A DNA stretch of 61,740 nucleotides, the filler included, from Nemertoderma westbladi (Eukaryota; Animalia; Xenacoelomorpha), in assembly GCA_032718475.1 (NCBI GenBank). It is 3 parts of 3 records of this genome, joined end to end, with 100 filler letters (N's around TTAATTAATTAA, not from the genome) between each part and the next. Parts side by side here need not be neighbours in the genome. Positions count along the whole stretch, not along the records: positions 1 to 23,234 come from JAUCBJ010006223.1; positions 23,335 to 45,229 come from JAUCBJ010004775.1; 1 more part is not named here. One strand, written 5' to 3'. The translations under genes and the position numbers were made by a program. Numbering within the stretch: position 1 is the stretch's first letter; each line of letters opens with the position of its first letter. Positions 21,891 through 32,672 of the stretch are shown here, piece by piece. The notes under the pieces are model-generated. The model did no database searches. It was not told the origin of the DNA and saw only the letters and a list, made by a program, of their open reading frames with translations.

Positions 21891-23123
21891 TTACAGTTGG
21901 CTAGACACCCAGGCGAGACACCAGCGCAGGTTAGTCAACATAAACTTGAGTCCTTTGGTCCATTGTTCCTCTGAGTTAAACTGAATCTTTATTGAGTATG
22001 ACTGACCGCTGGCGTTGTCCTTGATGCTGCCCTTCTCCATGCTGTAGGGCAGACAGAAGTCAGTGTCTCTCGCTTCTATGTGCTCCTTAAACTGTTGGAG
22101 ACAGTCGAGGAATGCGACCATGGCGTGGTCGAACTTTGTGTCCCAGAAGAATTTATACCCCCCGGAGCCGTATAGTGGGAGTTCCCGAGACTTCTCGGAG
22201 AGCGACTCCAGGTAGGAGTGGTTTCCGAAGGGGACCAATCTATACCGCGACAGACTCAAGCCCACGCGGTTGGCCAGCGCGTACAGAAGCAGCACGGTCT
22301 GCCCCCAGGCGGCGTTAATCTCCCACCAGTCCACAGGGTCGTCCGGGAGACGCCCCAAACGGAACCCGTTGATCGTGCCGAACCGTCCCGAGTGCCAGAT
22401 ATGGAATGTCGCGTTGAACACGTTGGTTCGTTTCAGGAAGTGCAGTTGCGATTGGCTGTATTGTAGTTGACTCTCTACCGATCGGTGTTGCTCCTCTAAG
22501 TCTAACAATTCGAACTTCTGCTGGCAGTACTGCTGTAAGTAGCGCTCCTCATCCAATTCCAACTGCGCCAACTTCACTTTCTCTTCCTCGATCGCCTCGT
22601 CTAAAGAACCTTTCTTTGTCTCCAAATCGCTAAGTTCTTTCATGAGTTTCTCTTCTTCGTCTTTAAGCTCTTCCAGTTCTTTATCGAGTGACTCTTCGTT
22701 GAAATTCTTCGCCATTTCTAGCACGGAATCTCTTAGATCTCCGTAACTGGCGCATTCCTCCCGTAGAGAACGGATCCTTTCGTCGGCTAGCTCCAGCAAC
22801 GTGTCGGTACATTCCTCGCACAAAGGGAAGTCGAAGTCAGTGTTGTCGGACATGATGTCGAATAACTCGGAAATAACGTTGCTTCGGAGTGCGCAGTCGG
22901 CCCCGCTTTCCGAACTAACGATCATGAAGCTGTTGTTGCCCTGTTTACCGGAGTCCGCCATCCTCACCGGTTTCCGAGTGTCGCGCATTTTAATATCCAA
23001 CGGTTGAGTTAATCGCTCCACCGTCTCTCCGTCTAAATCCAAAAAGCTGGGATGCAACTTCAGCGGTTGGGAACATTTCTGACATAGTAATGGTACTATG
23101 TTTTCCATTTGAGAACCTGCCAT
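21891..23123 (-). CDS. BECN1: Beclin-1 (Atg6/Vps30), single coding exon, 410 aa
   Basis: CQKCSQPLKL N-terminus, LFDIMS...PLCEECTDTLL, coiled coil, and BARA domain (TNVFNATFHIW, GTINGFRLGRLP, EINAAWGQ, FFWDTKFDHAMVAFLDC, EEQWTKGLKFMLTNL). Confidence 0.98.
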   Translation of the reverse strand: MAGSQMENIVPLLCQKCSQPLKLHPSFLDLDGETVERLTQPLDIKMRDTRKPVRMADSGKQGNNSFMIVSSESGADCALRSNVISELFDIMSDNTDFDFPLCEECTDTLLELADERIRSLREECASYGDLRDSVLEMAKNFNEESLDKELEELKDEEEKLMKELSDLETKKGSLDEAIEEEKVKLAQLELDEERYLQQYCQQKFELLDLEEQHRSVESQLQYSQSQLHFLKRTNVFNATFHIWHSGRFGTINGFRLGRLPDDPVDWWEINAAWGQTVLLLYALANRVGLSLSRYRLVPFGNHSYLESLSEKSRELPLYGSGGYKFFWDTKFDHAMVAFLDCLQQFKEHIEARDTDFCLPYSMEKGSIKDNASGQSYSIKIQFNSEEQWTKGLKFMLTNLRWCLAWVSSQL

Positions 23124-23234
23124 AATGAAATATGCAATATCGTGTAAATACAGGCCTAGGCCTATACTGCTATACGTGAAATCAGAAAATACTATAAAAT
23201 ATTGGGTGCTTAGATCGTGGCTTTTCCAGGGTAA

Positions 23235-23334
23235 NNNNNNNNNNNNNNNNNNNNNNNNNNNNNNNNNNNNNNNNNNNNTTAATTAATTAANNNNNNNNNN
23301 NNNNNNNNNNNNNNNNNNNNNNNNNNNNNNNNNN
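23235..23334. other. Assembly gap with artificial six-frame-stop linker
   Basis: 44 N + TTAATTAATTAA + 44 N = 100 bp; identical construction at 45230-45329. Confidence 0.97.
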
Positions 23335-23502
23335 TTTAATATGTTACGAGAATCTCCGAACATTATTAATTAAACTCCCGATAACATCGGATAATCCGAA
23401 CGGATTCCCGGACGATCGTCAGAATTTAATCAGCTGTACTATTTATTGTTGTTGTATTAAAACTGAAACTAAATATAGAAATAAAACTCGACGTCATAAG
23501 AT

Positions 23503-23952
23503 TCATCGCTTCTTCTTCTTATTTTTCTTTCCCTGCGGCCCCCCTCCGCCTGCCCCCCCGGCCCCCTCAGTCGGCTTCCCCCCGCCCCCCGCTAGCCGCG
23601 TCTTCAGCTTCGGAATGAGCCGACAGCAGGCCCGCAGCAGCTCGACGCGACTGGGAACCTCCGGGTTCACCGGCGTCCCATCGTCCGTGCGGAACTGGAC
23701 CCGCACCCGGCCGCGCGCTAACGGCTCCTTGTCTCGCTCCCGGGGGTACATCTTGTTCTCGACTCCAACGTTAAACCCCAGAGAGAGACATACGTCCTTG
23801 ATCTCGGACACGGTGGGGTTGTCCACTGCGAGTGCGGTGGGGACTTTGCGGCCTTCGGCCAGCGTCCGACGGGAGTTCATGTACGCCGGGTAAACGCAGA
23901 TAAAACGCTCCCGCTGGCTGTGCGAAAACTTTTTGTAGTAATCCGAGGTCAT
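23503..23952 (-). CDS. SRP19: Signal recognition particle 19 kDa protein, single coding exon, 149 aa
   Basis: RFICVYPAYMNSRRTLAEGRKVP, AVDNPT.SEI.DVC, KMYPRE, RGRVRVQF, LIPKLKTR and a basic KKNKKKKR tail. AATAAA on the minus strand at 23442-23447. Confidence 0.97.
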   Translation of the reverse strand: MTSDYYKKFSHSQRERFICVYPAYMNSRRTLAEGRKVPTALAVDNPTVSEIKDVCLSLGFNVGVENKMYPRERDKEPLARGRVRVQFRTDDGTPVNPEVPSRVELLRACCRLIPKLKTRLAGGGGKPTEGAGGAGGGGPQGKKNKKKKR

Positions 23953-24252
23953 AGCGAATAGTAATAGGTTTATTTGTGTTTATAATAAATAAGTTAGTAG
24001 GTAAAATTACGGAATTTATATGGATTCAGTGGGTTAGCTGGTTGGTTCGGTAAGGTAAAGGTTATTGATACCGGTACCGTTACCGTATACGTGGTCACGT
24101 TACTGCGTTACGTATACGTCAGTACGTTGAGGACAGCTGTATCGCCAGATGCCAGACCGAACCGGTAGCAAGGCAGCAGGGTACCGGTCTGCCGGTTCCT
24201 GCGTGGCAGTTACCGCCTCTTACCAGCAACCAGTGCAGCTACAACAATACCG

Positions 24253-24486
24253 TTATTTAGCACTGGACATGTAACGCATTAACGTGTTGTTTAGTTTCTC
24301 GAATTTCTTAAGATCCTGGGCGAAGCCGGTCCGGTATTTCAAGCAGATGACGTCGTTTGTAATTTTAAGGACGAGCTGACCCTGTTGATGTTGATATTTT
24401 ACCTGAAAGCGAACGCGAGGCGCTGATTGTAAGTATAATTTTTCAGCGGATCTTGCAAAATCCTCCCAATTATCAATGTACATCAT
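24253..24486 (-). CDS. SRP9: Signal recognition particle 9 kDa protein, single coding exon, 77 aa
   Basis: WEDFARSAEKLY...R...KY.H..G.LVLKITND.ICLKYRT..AQDLKKFEKLNNTLMRYM matches the SRP9 family over its full length. Confidence 0.96.
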   Translation of the reverse strand: MMYIDNWEDFARSAEKLYLQSAPRVRFQVKYQHQQGQLVLKITNDVICLKYRTGFAQDLKKFEKLNNTLMRYMSSAK

Positions 24487-24619
24487 AAGTAAATAGGCCT
24501 ACACCAGTACCGGTACAGCAGTACACCAAGCTAAACGTAAAATCAGAAAATGAGAAACACAGAACAGCCAAACAGCTGCTGAGCTGATAGGATGAATGAT
24601 AGAAGGCTGATAGAAGGTA

Positions 24620-27235
24620 CCGTCATCCGGGGATACTTGAGCCACTTTCAACTTTCCACCTGATATTTTTATCCCTTCCTTCAATTCAATGAAACAAAGA
24701 TTATGTTTACAAGGCTTATAGAAACCTGTATATTAATTATAAATCGATGTAACCTCTAATTTAAATGTAGGTTACATCGATTTTTTTTAAAACCTTTGTG
24801 GCTCAAGTTACCCCAATATGGGGGATACTTATACCATTGTGGGGATTCTTGAGCCATCACATAAAAACCGACATAAACACCATCATAATGAGTTATATTG
24901 GTCATTTGTGGCTGCAATAACCCCAGTTTGTGGTTACATGGTCCACTAAAATGTTTTTAAAAAGCGCCCCGGTGTCCACCATGTTGGTGGACAACGGGGC
25001 TTGTTTCATTGCACATAATCATATTAAATTATAGTCCTATACCGAATATATAACAATAATGATATAATCTCTTGTCATAATATATGACAAGAGTTGGCAA
25101 TGGAACGGAATAAACAAGTACAGTATTGAAATTACATGAAAAGTCACTGGGAATACAACACACCAACAAAATATAGGTAATCTGGATTACTGGATTATCC
25201 TATGAAATTGCCATAAAAGTCAGATTATATGTTTATAACGTAGTTTGAATTAGGATTCGGATTCAATATCATTCAACTCATCCAACATCTTTCATCGTGA
25301 GTTCTGGTGATGATGCATATATACGTGGATTCAGATACATTTGGAATTTCTGAATAAAAACCTTCAAATTCAAATTCAGTGTCGGAACATGCCGTAATGT
25401 ATACCGCCTGATCTGTTTCTGACCCAGATGTTGATGTGGATGGTATTCCAGACAGTGTCATTGACATGATGGATGATTCTGAAGATGTTGAATATACAGT
25501 ATCTCCTTCGTTTTCTAGATGGTTGGGTTTTCTTCGATGTTGAGCTTTTAGTCGCGTTTGTTACTTTCCCTGCTCGTTTAGTTTTTTTCTCCCTGCTTCT
25601 CCAACCTGTCTGTTGGCTACCGGTATGATTGACTTTGGTGGATTCTTCTTCTTCCCTTGCGTTTTTTTTCTAGCCTCCACCTCTTTGAGCTGCGCTTCAA
25701 CATCATCAGCTGATATAGACTGACCTGCCACAATATTGACCTTTTTGCTCCGCTTTCTAGTATTAACATCGGCTTCCACCCTCCCCCCAGTAACGTCCTT
25801 GAATAATGCAATTACGGCATCATCGACTTCAGCCCCAGGCGAAGACAATGGGCTGCTGATGGTAGCATTGATATAATCTTATCCCTCTGAACAGGATAGA
25901 GTCCTGTTTTTGTAAATCCAGATACATACAATATTTTTATTTTGTGATGATGATGACTGATCCTGTTCAGTCTCCATCACCCCAGCCAGCAACCTATGCA
26001 ATAATGCTGGAAATGTACTCTTCGGTAATGAATCCACCTTGGGATGTTTCAGTTTAAAATCTTGTAAAACTGAACGCCAACATTTCTTAAAAGGAGCAAA
26101 GAATGCGACATCCAAGGGCTGGAGTTTGTCAGTGGCATTGGGTGGGAGGCAAATTAATTTGATTTTATTATTTTCACAACATCTTAGTACATCTAAAGAC
26201 AAATGAGTCGAAAGATTATCACCAATGACAACCTTTGTCTTATCTGCACCTTTCTTCTTTTTTGTGGGAGCAAGGTTTGCATGAACCAATCCACAAAACC
26301 TTTGCACCTTCAAACCACCCAGATTTAGAACATGAGTAACGAGTCCCTTGTGGGCCACCAAGGGTCCAACATGAGTATACGGATTTGGCCTTATACACTA
26401 CATAGCAATGGGGCCAACAGCTCAGTGGCTGAGCCACACATCATTATACTGATACTTGCTTTGGTATGGTTCATAACGCGTTCTGGATATTTCGTCCCCC
26501 TCTTCATCAACACCTTTTTTTGACCTGGGTTATCAGATAAATTGGTCTCGTCGTATTGTATATACAGTCTGGTGATACCCCTGCAACTTCCTTTTCATAT
26601 AAGTCAAAGAACTGATTAATTGTATCTGATTGTACTTGAGCTCTTTTTCTTTTAATGTTGCCGGCAAATCTAGTGGTTAGACACCGATGGTGCCCTAGGA
26701 ATGAAGACACATATTCGTGGCTTGGAAGGTTAGGCCTATCTTTAAACGCTCGAATGACAACACCTTTTTGGTCCAGGATATTTTTTACTAAGATTCGAAG
26801 ATCAAATCCGTCGATAGGAAAACCCCAATCACACATCGACTGAATTATGTCTACCTTGTAAAATCTGTATGTTAAATCTGTATCCTCTTGGTCCTTTGTA
26901 AGAATTGGGGGTTTTCCTGGTGAATTTGGAAGTTGATCTTTCAGAGGGCGGTTCAATGTCGCCCTCGAAATACTAAATGTCCGCGCCGCCTCCCTCTGGC
27001 TCATTCCTTTCTGTATAGCGGATAGTGCATTATCCAGATTTTCCTTTGTAAAATCTAGATACCTCCTTGCACCTAAACGTCGTTTGTGCGTCCTCGGCAT
27101 GACTTAGTCAACGTCTGAATGTACAGTATACCATACTGTTCCATACAGTGTAGTTAACGTTTATAATAGAATATATTTAAAAATTCAAACAGATCAGAAA
27201 CACAGTCGGGCCTGGCCTACCTACCGTATGACAGT
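24620..27235 (-). mobile_element. Decayed pogo/Tigger-type (Tc1/mariner superfamily) DNA transposon
   Basis: 26507..27100 has HTH_psq/CENP-B-like HTH (MSQREAARTFSISRATL). 25879..26361 has DDE motifs (IGDNLSTH, LPPNATDKLQPLDVAFFAPFK). Frameshifted. One end TA|CCGTCATCCGGGGATACTTGAGCCA at 24620 with subterminal copies at ~24800-24860; the other end is not resolved. Confidence 0.85.
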
Positions 27236-30076
27236 AACAGTAGATCTATATATATACTACTACTAGGATCGGCATGCTGCATTGCAGCTGCATTTTTAAG
27301 AATGCTGTGCCGGCTTGTCGACAAAATTGCGCCGCCACAATTCCCTATCACCCATGACATTTGCTAGATCATCCGCATCTTCAAGGCCAGTGTCCTTTAA
27401 GATGCGTCTCAAAAAAGTCATGGGCTTTCCACCATGCTTATTCACTCCATGAGGCTGCCGAAGTACACGATTATGCACTGGCTGGTCCTCACGGCGAAAG
27501 CAATGTCCTGCAAAGCGGAGGCGATTTTGTTCTAGTGTCAAGCTTGGGGGAACCAATGAGACACCTCCAATGTTATATAGTGTCTGGTTGGAGATGTGTG
27601 CATTGTACTTGACACAATGAACCCAGCGTAGCATTCTTGTGAATGTGCCATCCAGAGATTTGGTGTCCTCAGCAGCTAGAGCCCATCATTGACTCCCATA
27701 GAGGAGTACTGGAACTACCGCTGCTCTGAATAATCGGACCTTAAGTTTCCGATTAATTCTCGGTGACTTCCAAATCCTGGAAAGCCTATTCAAGGCTGCC
27801 CATGCCTTTCCCTTACGTATTCGAAGGTCCTCACCTGACTTCCGGATCCATGATCCCAGGTAACAGAAGTCGTCCACATGCTCAAGCATACCATACTTTG
27901 AGCTTATGCTCATCCGATCAGAGACTTGCTGAGGACTTTCAAAGTTAACTGTGAAAATTTTGGTCTTTCTGGAGTTAATAAAAAGACCAACACTAGAAGC
28001 AGCATGTTCTAATGAGCTGAGGAGCCGTTGGGGTCCCTCTAGTGATTCTGAGAGTACTCCTAAGTCATCAGCAAAGTCTAGATCAGTTAGGTACTTGGCA
28101 GGATTTCCTCGACTCCTGGAGCCAGTAGGTGGAGTTATCATCACCCCATCATCATTATGATGATCTAAGGACATGCGGAGAACATAGTCAACCACAATCA
28201 TGAACAAGAATGGTGCAAGTGTGTCTCCCTGGAGGACACCCCATAACACTTCAAATGGTTCTGTGTCACCGTCAACAGTAGACACAAATGTTGTCGAACC
28301 ATCATATACTGATCTGATTGCTGCAATAATTTCATCAGGAATCACATTCTTCCACTTGCCTCAGATTCACCAATGGCTTTGTTGGTCGGGGTGGAACATG
28401 AGAGTAGCATCCAACTCCAGAATCCCTCTCCCCCTCACAATCTAGCCTCCCTGGTGACCCAGGGTTTGGGCCAGAAAGGTCATCAGGGAAGGGACTCAAA
28501 TAATCGTTTGCCGCTCTCTCTCCAGTAGGGGGTGAGACAGGCAGCCGATCAGGAGATAACTGAAGCCTGTGAGGCCGATTGTGTCCAGTAATTCCTCTGG
28601 CCTCTAGTGGCCGGACCTCCGCATTACTAATGTAATCCATAGTGGGGGTTGGGGGTGCTTTTTAGCCGATTCAGCTCTCGGGGCAAATACCACACCCTGG
28701 TTTGCCATTCCACAGGGTGGGTGTTGCAGTGGAGTCAGATATGAGGCCCATCACCCATATCTACTCTGGCGCACATGACCCACCATTGGCTGTGCTGTGC
28801 AGCTCATCTGCTGGGTCATCATGCCCTGTACCCCTGCTGCCAGGTGCAGGTCGCAGTGAAGTGCACTCAGAGTGGACATGAGAACACTCTACTCCTGACC
28901 AGCCATTGGTAGATCACCATCTGCCTGGCTAAGTGCCAAAATGGTCTCCCCATCCCACGACCTTTACAGAACCCATTCTGATTTCCATGGAGCAGTCTCT
29001 CAATGGGATCTCTGATGCGATTCAAGTACAGACTCTCGAGTACAGACTCAAGACACTTTTACTTTTTTAAAGTTATCAGGCAATACCCTGTCATTATTGA
29101 GGAGCTTTACAAAGTGGGCATTCCAACCATTGAGGCCATCGGCTGGTGATTCAGCCTTAACCTTCCTTGGTGGTTGGTTGGCTTTTCCACCCAGTAAGAA
29201 AGTTGATCGATTTCCATGCCTGGGATGATTGCCTGCTGTCGTCAGCATCATTGATGGCATCAACCTGTTGGTTTATTAGCTCCTGTAAATTAACAGAGCA
29301 CTGCCTGTACAGGGACCTAGATGCAGCCTTAACTGCATTCTTGGCTGCTGTAGTCTGTTTGAATTGGGACTCTTTCTGCACCTTCTACAGTAGAGGTCAT
29401 TTCGGCACTTCTGAATTTGGTTGTCAGTCCAGGGGGCCCTTTTCCTGTTTCGAGGGTATACAGGAACTGTTTCTGCAGCTGCTAACTTAACTGCTTCTGT
29501 GAAGGCAGTATAGCCCTCACAGTGATCCGCCGCCTCAGAGGCAATAACCTCATACCTGTTGCTCAGCTGTAGTGTGAAGCTGGATCTCACACTTGGCTGT
29601 TACAACAGAGAGGACCAGTCAAGCCGCGGCAAGGCAGATTTCGTTGTTCAGCTAGCACGCAGACTAAGTCTTACCTTGGCCACAATAAGGCGGTGATCAC
29701 TGGAGAAGGGTCGAAGTGTAAATGCATTACAGTCTTGTATAGAGCTCCTGTATTTCCTACGAAACAGAATATGGTCTATCTGGGACTTGAGACCACTGGG
29801 TCCACTATGAGTCCATAGCTTTCCAGTTCGCTTCTTGCACTGGATTCCAGCCGAAAACAATCCATTTCCAGAGATAAAATCCTGAAGATGGACGGAATTT
29901 CGGTTGACACGATTGCTATAGACCCAGGGTGATGTAGGTGATTGATGCAGACATGCATTAAAGTCAACCGCCCCCATGTCCTTAATCAGAACCTCATCAG
30001 TCTGTCCAGTCTGCATTCGGTGCTCTTGAACACCCACTGCGCTAAGAGAAAGCTTATCTGCCAAGGCAGTCAGCTC

Positions 30077-31025
30077 TAGGGCTCGATCGGAGCTCCGGCC
30101 TCCGGCCATTTTGGCACATCCGGCTCCGGCTCCAGTAAAAATATTGCCGGAGTTAATTTTTTAATAAAGTATTATATTTCGTGCATATTCTAATCTGGAC
30201 AATTATTTACACTATAAGTAGGCTACTGTAGTACAGCTTCAATATCAAAAGCATAATACTGCAGTATTTACTTACAGTCAATGACTGACTCTGAGCTGCT
30301 GAGTCACACAATATTAGCCAACTGCCAGCAGCGGTACTCCAGCACTTCAGATCTGTATGACAATGTGAACTTTAAAATGTTTCAGTTTAGTAGGTAATAC
30401 TGTAATACGGTACCGTACTGGCGTAGCCTAACAATGTAATAATACAGTACCTGCTGACCTGTACAGCAGTAATACTGTAATAGGCCTGTCAACACATACA
30501 CCAAACAGCCAAAAATGTAATGGTGGGTATCGTACTCCGTACTGCAGTACTGGCTGACTGGTACTGGCTGACGAGCAGACTGTTACAGGCAGACCCTACT
30601 GTAAAAGATTGTAAATGCTATGATTGTACACTGTACCACACCACCACAGCCAGACCACTGCAGCCATTTACTGCTGTCATGCTAGCATACTGTCAGCGTC
30701 AGACCATCTATCAGTCTGTCTGTGATAAATTAATTACTTAAATTTTAAATTGAAATTTCGTAAATCTATAAATTATGAAATTAATTCTGTAATTAGCTGA
30801 TTAGACCTATGATTGTTTATGACAGTACTGCAGTATGAGCGATTGGCGAACGATAGGCCTAACCATACTTTATTTTTTTTTTATAAATACAGAAATCAGG
30901 AAATAGGCCCCTACCCTGCTACCGGTAATTAAATTTTTAAATTTTTTGAAAAACTCCGGCTCCGGCCAAATTGTCCAACTCCGGCTCCGGCCAAATCCCA
31001 ACTCCGATCGAGCCCTACTGCCCTA
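30077..31025. mobile_element. hAT-type MITE, 8-bp TSD, inserted in the RTE endonuclease region
   Basis: TIR TAGGGCTCGATCGGAG / CTCCGATCGAGCCCTA (plus an extra CTGCCCTA). TSD GTCAGCTC at 30069-30076 and 31026-31033. CTCCGG subterminal repeats. Confidence 0.9.
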
Positions 31026-31175
31026 GTCAGCTCACCTTGCTGCCTTGTCACTTGTCAGCTTGTCGCATAGTGCATAGGGGACCCGAGTGTCAGAGTGTTA
31101 GGGTGTTTACTGAGGCTAGTCTAGTCACATGCCTCAGATTCATCAATGGCTTTGTTGGTCGGGGTGGAACATGAG

Positions 31176-31989
31176 TAGGGTTCAACAGAAGGCACTTTAT
31201 GGGGCCGAACCGAACCGAACCGAAGCAGGGCCAACTTCGGGCCGAACCGAACCGAATCCGAACCGAAGTTCAGAAAGTTAGCAAGTTATGGTCATAAATT
31301 CGTATTTACGTCACTATTCTGGCTGACTGGCAGTGGCAGACTGGTACCTATTTGGTCTGCGGACTTAGCGAGAAAGCTATGATTAATTAAAAAAATAAAT
31401 ACTACAAAATAAAATGGCAATATTTACATTACTGTACACTACTAACCTAAACTACTGTATACTTACTGTATGCATGCACTTACTGTATGCACCACATTTT
31501 CAACTGTAGTAAGATGCACAGTAGTAACATCAAATTTAGAAAACCTCACTAAAAGTACAGGTAGTCTTTGTAATACTATTTATATGAGGTACCGGTAGTA
31601 GGTATATTTGGTATTAATGTATCAAAGTTATGATTATTTAAAAAATAGGTACTACAAAGTAAAATAGCAATATTTAATTTAGCCTAACGTAACAGCCTAA
31701 ACTACTGTATAATTAAGCTAATTTTGAAACAACCCAAGTAAACCAGAAACAATTAAAAAATAATGCCATTTAAATGGAAGTTCATTCCAAAATTAATTAG
31801 TACAATGATGGACAGATTGATTAGTCTTACTGTCTTCTGGTCTTAGCTCAATCAGTCAATGTAATACTTGGAATATTTAGCAAAGTTTGCTCCGGGCTTC
31901 TGCAGTATCAATTGCAGAAGCCGAACCGAACCGAAATTGCCAAACTTCGGCCCGAACCGAACCGAAGCCGAAGCTTCTGTTGAGCCCTA
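31176..31989. mobile_element. hAT-type MITE, 8-bp TSD, inserted in the RTE 5' UTR
   Basis: TIR TAGGGTTCAACAGAAG / CTTCTGTTGAGCCCTA. TSD AACATGAG at 31168-31175 and 31990-31997. CCGAA subterminal repeats. The empty site is visible in the paralogous UTR at ~28395. Confidence 0.93.
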
Positions 31990-32329
31990 AACATGAGCGT
32001 AGCCTCCAACTCCAGAATCCCTCTCCCACTCACCATCTGGCCTCCCTGGTGACCCAGGGTTTGGGCTAGACAGGTCATCCGGAAAGAGACTTAACAGTTT
32101 AAAGAATTGTTGGCTGCTCTCTCTCCAGTACAGCAGTAGGGCAGTCTGGCAGTAGGGGGTGAGACAGGCAGCCAGTCAGGAGATAGGTCTAACTCTGTAA
32201 CTGACGCCTGTGAGGCCGATTGTGGCCGGTAATTCAACTGGCCTCTAGCTGTCTAGCAGTCTAGTGGCCGTACCTCCACATTACTAATGTAATGCATAGT
32301 GGGGGTTAGTTATAGTTCATATGCGTACC

Positions 32330-32515
32330 TCTGGTATTTTCGTATTGCAAAAATAAGACTATAAGTATGAAATACCCTATGTTATTGAGATATTGTTTAT
32401 TGTTTTGGTTAGAAAAGCCCACCACTGTAACCTGCTCCTTTCCGTTAATTAAATAATGGAGATTAGTTTATTGTTTTGGTTAGAAAACACCACCACTGTA
32501 ACCTGCTTCTTTTGC
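32330..32515 (+). repeat. Dispersed repeat fragment (two partial copies here; also ~19255-19312 and inverted at ~53585-53720)
   Basis: Shared TTATTGTTTTGGTTAGAA...CCACTGTAACCTGCTCCTTTCCGTTAATT. Confidence 0.7.
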
Positions 32516-32672
32516 CAGAGGTACTTATCCTTATTATCCTCAGCCTACTTTTCCTCAGCTGGCAGGCTGGTGGTGGGTTGTAGGCTGATAGTGCCAAATG
32601 GCTGAATGGGGTCTGGGGGTTGTTTTCTGTGTTATTACTGTATTAGGCCTACTGTCTGACTGTATTTATACT

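Larger units (their letters stand above)
27255..32310 (-). mobile_element. Rearranged RTE-clade LINE (5' UTR, APE endonuclease, RT, TAG tail) with two nested hAT MITEs
   Basis: Endonuclease motifs VGVQEHR, DFNA, SQIDHIL, SDHRLIVAKVRL (29648..30109). RT motifs NQNGFCKGR (~28960-28990), GVLQGDTLAPFLF, DFADD, YLGSWI (27686..28345). C-terminus RLRFAGHCFR. (TAG)n tail at ~27255. Confidence 0.9.

Noticed and set aside
23279-23290. TTAATTAATTAA as a biological motif (also 45274-45285)
   Set aside because: Centred in identical 44-N flanks; it is a scaffolding linker with stops in all frames.
21891-23952. Three-gene operon including BECN1
   Set aside because: BECN1 and SRP19 are separated by an assembly gap of unknown true size, so adjacency and spacing are unproven.
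23953-24000. Trans-splice acceptor for SRP19
   Set aside because: TACTAAC is present, but there is no AG between it and the ATG.
24130-24250. SRP RNA (7SL) gene near the SRP protein genes
   Set aside because: No Alu-domain 5' sequence or helix-8 motif could be recognised here or elsewhere in the window.
23503-24486. SRP9-SRP19 read-through fusion protein (the 300-bp spacer keeps the ORFs in frame)
   Set aside because: An in-frame TAA occurs 11 codons after the SRP9 stop (CGG TAT TGT TGT AGC TGC ACT GGT TGC TGG TAA).
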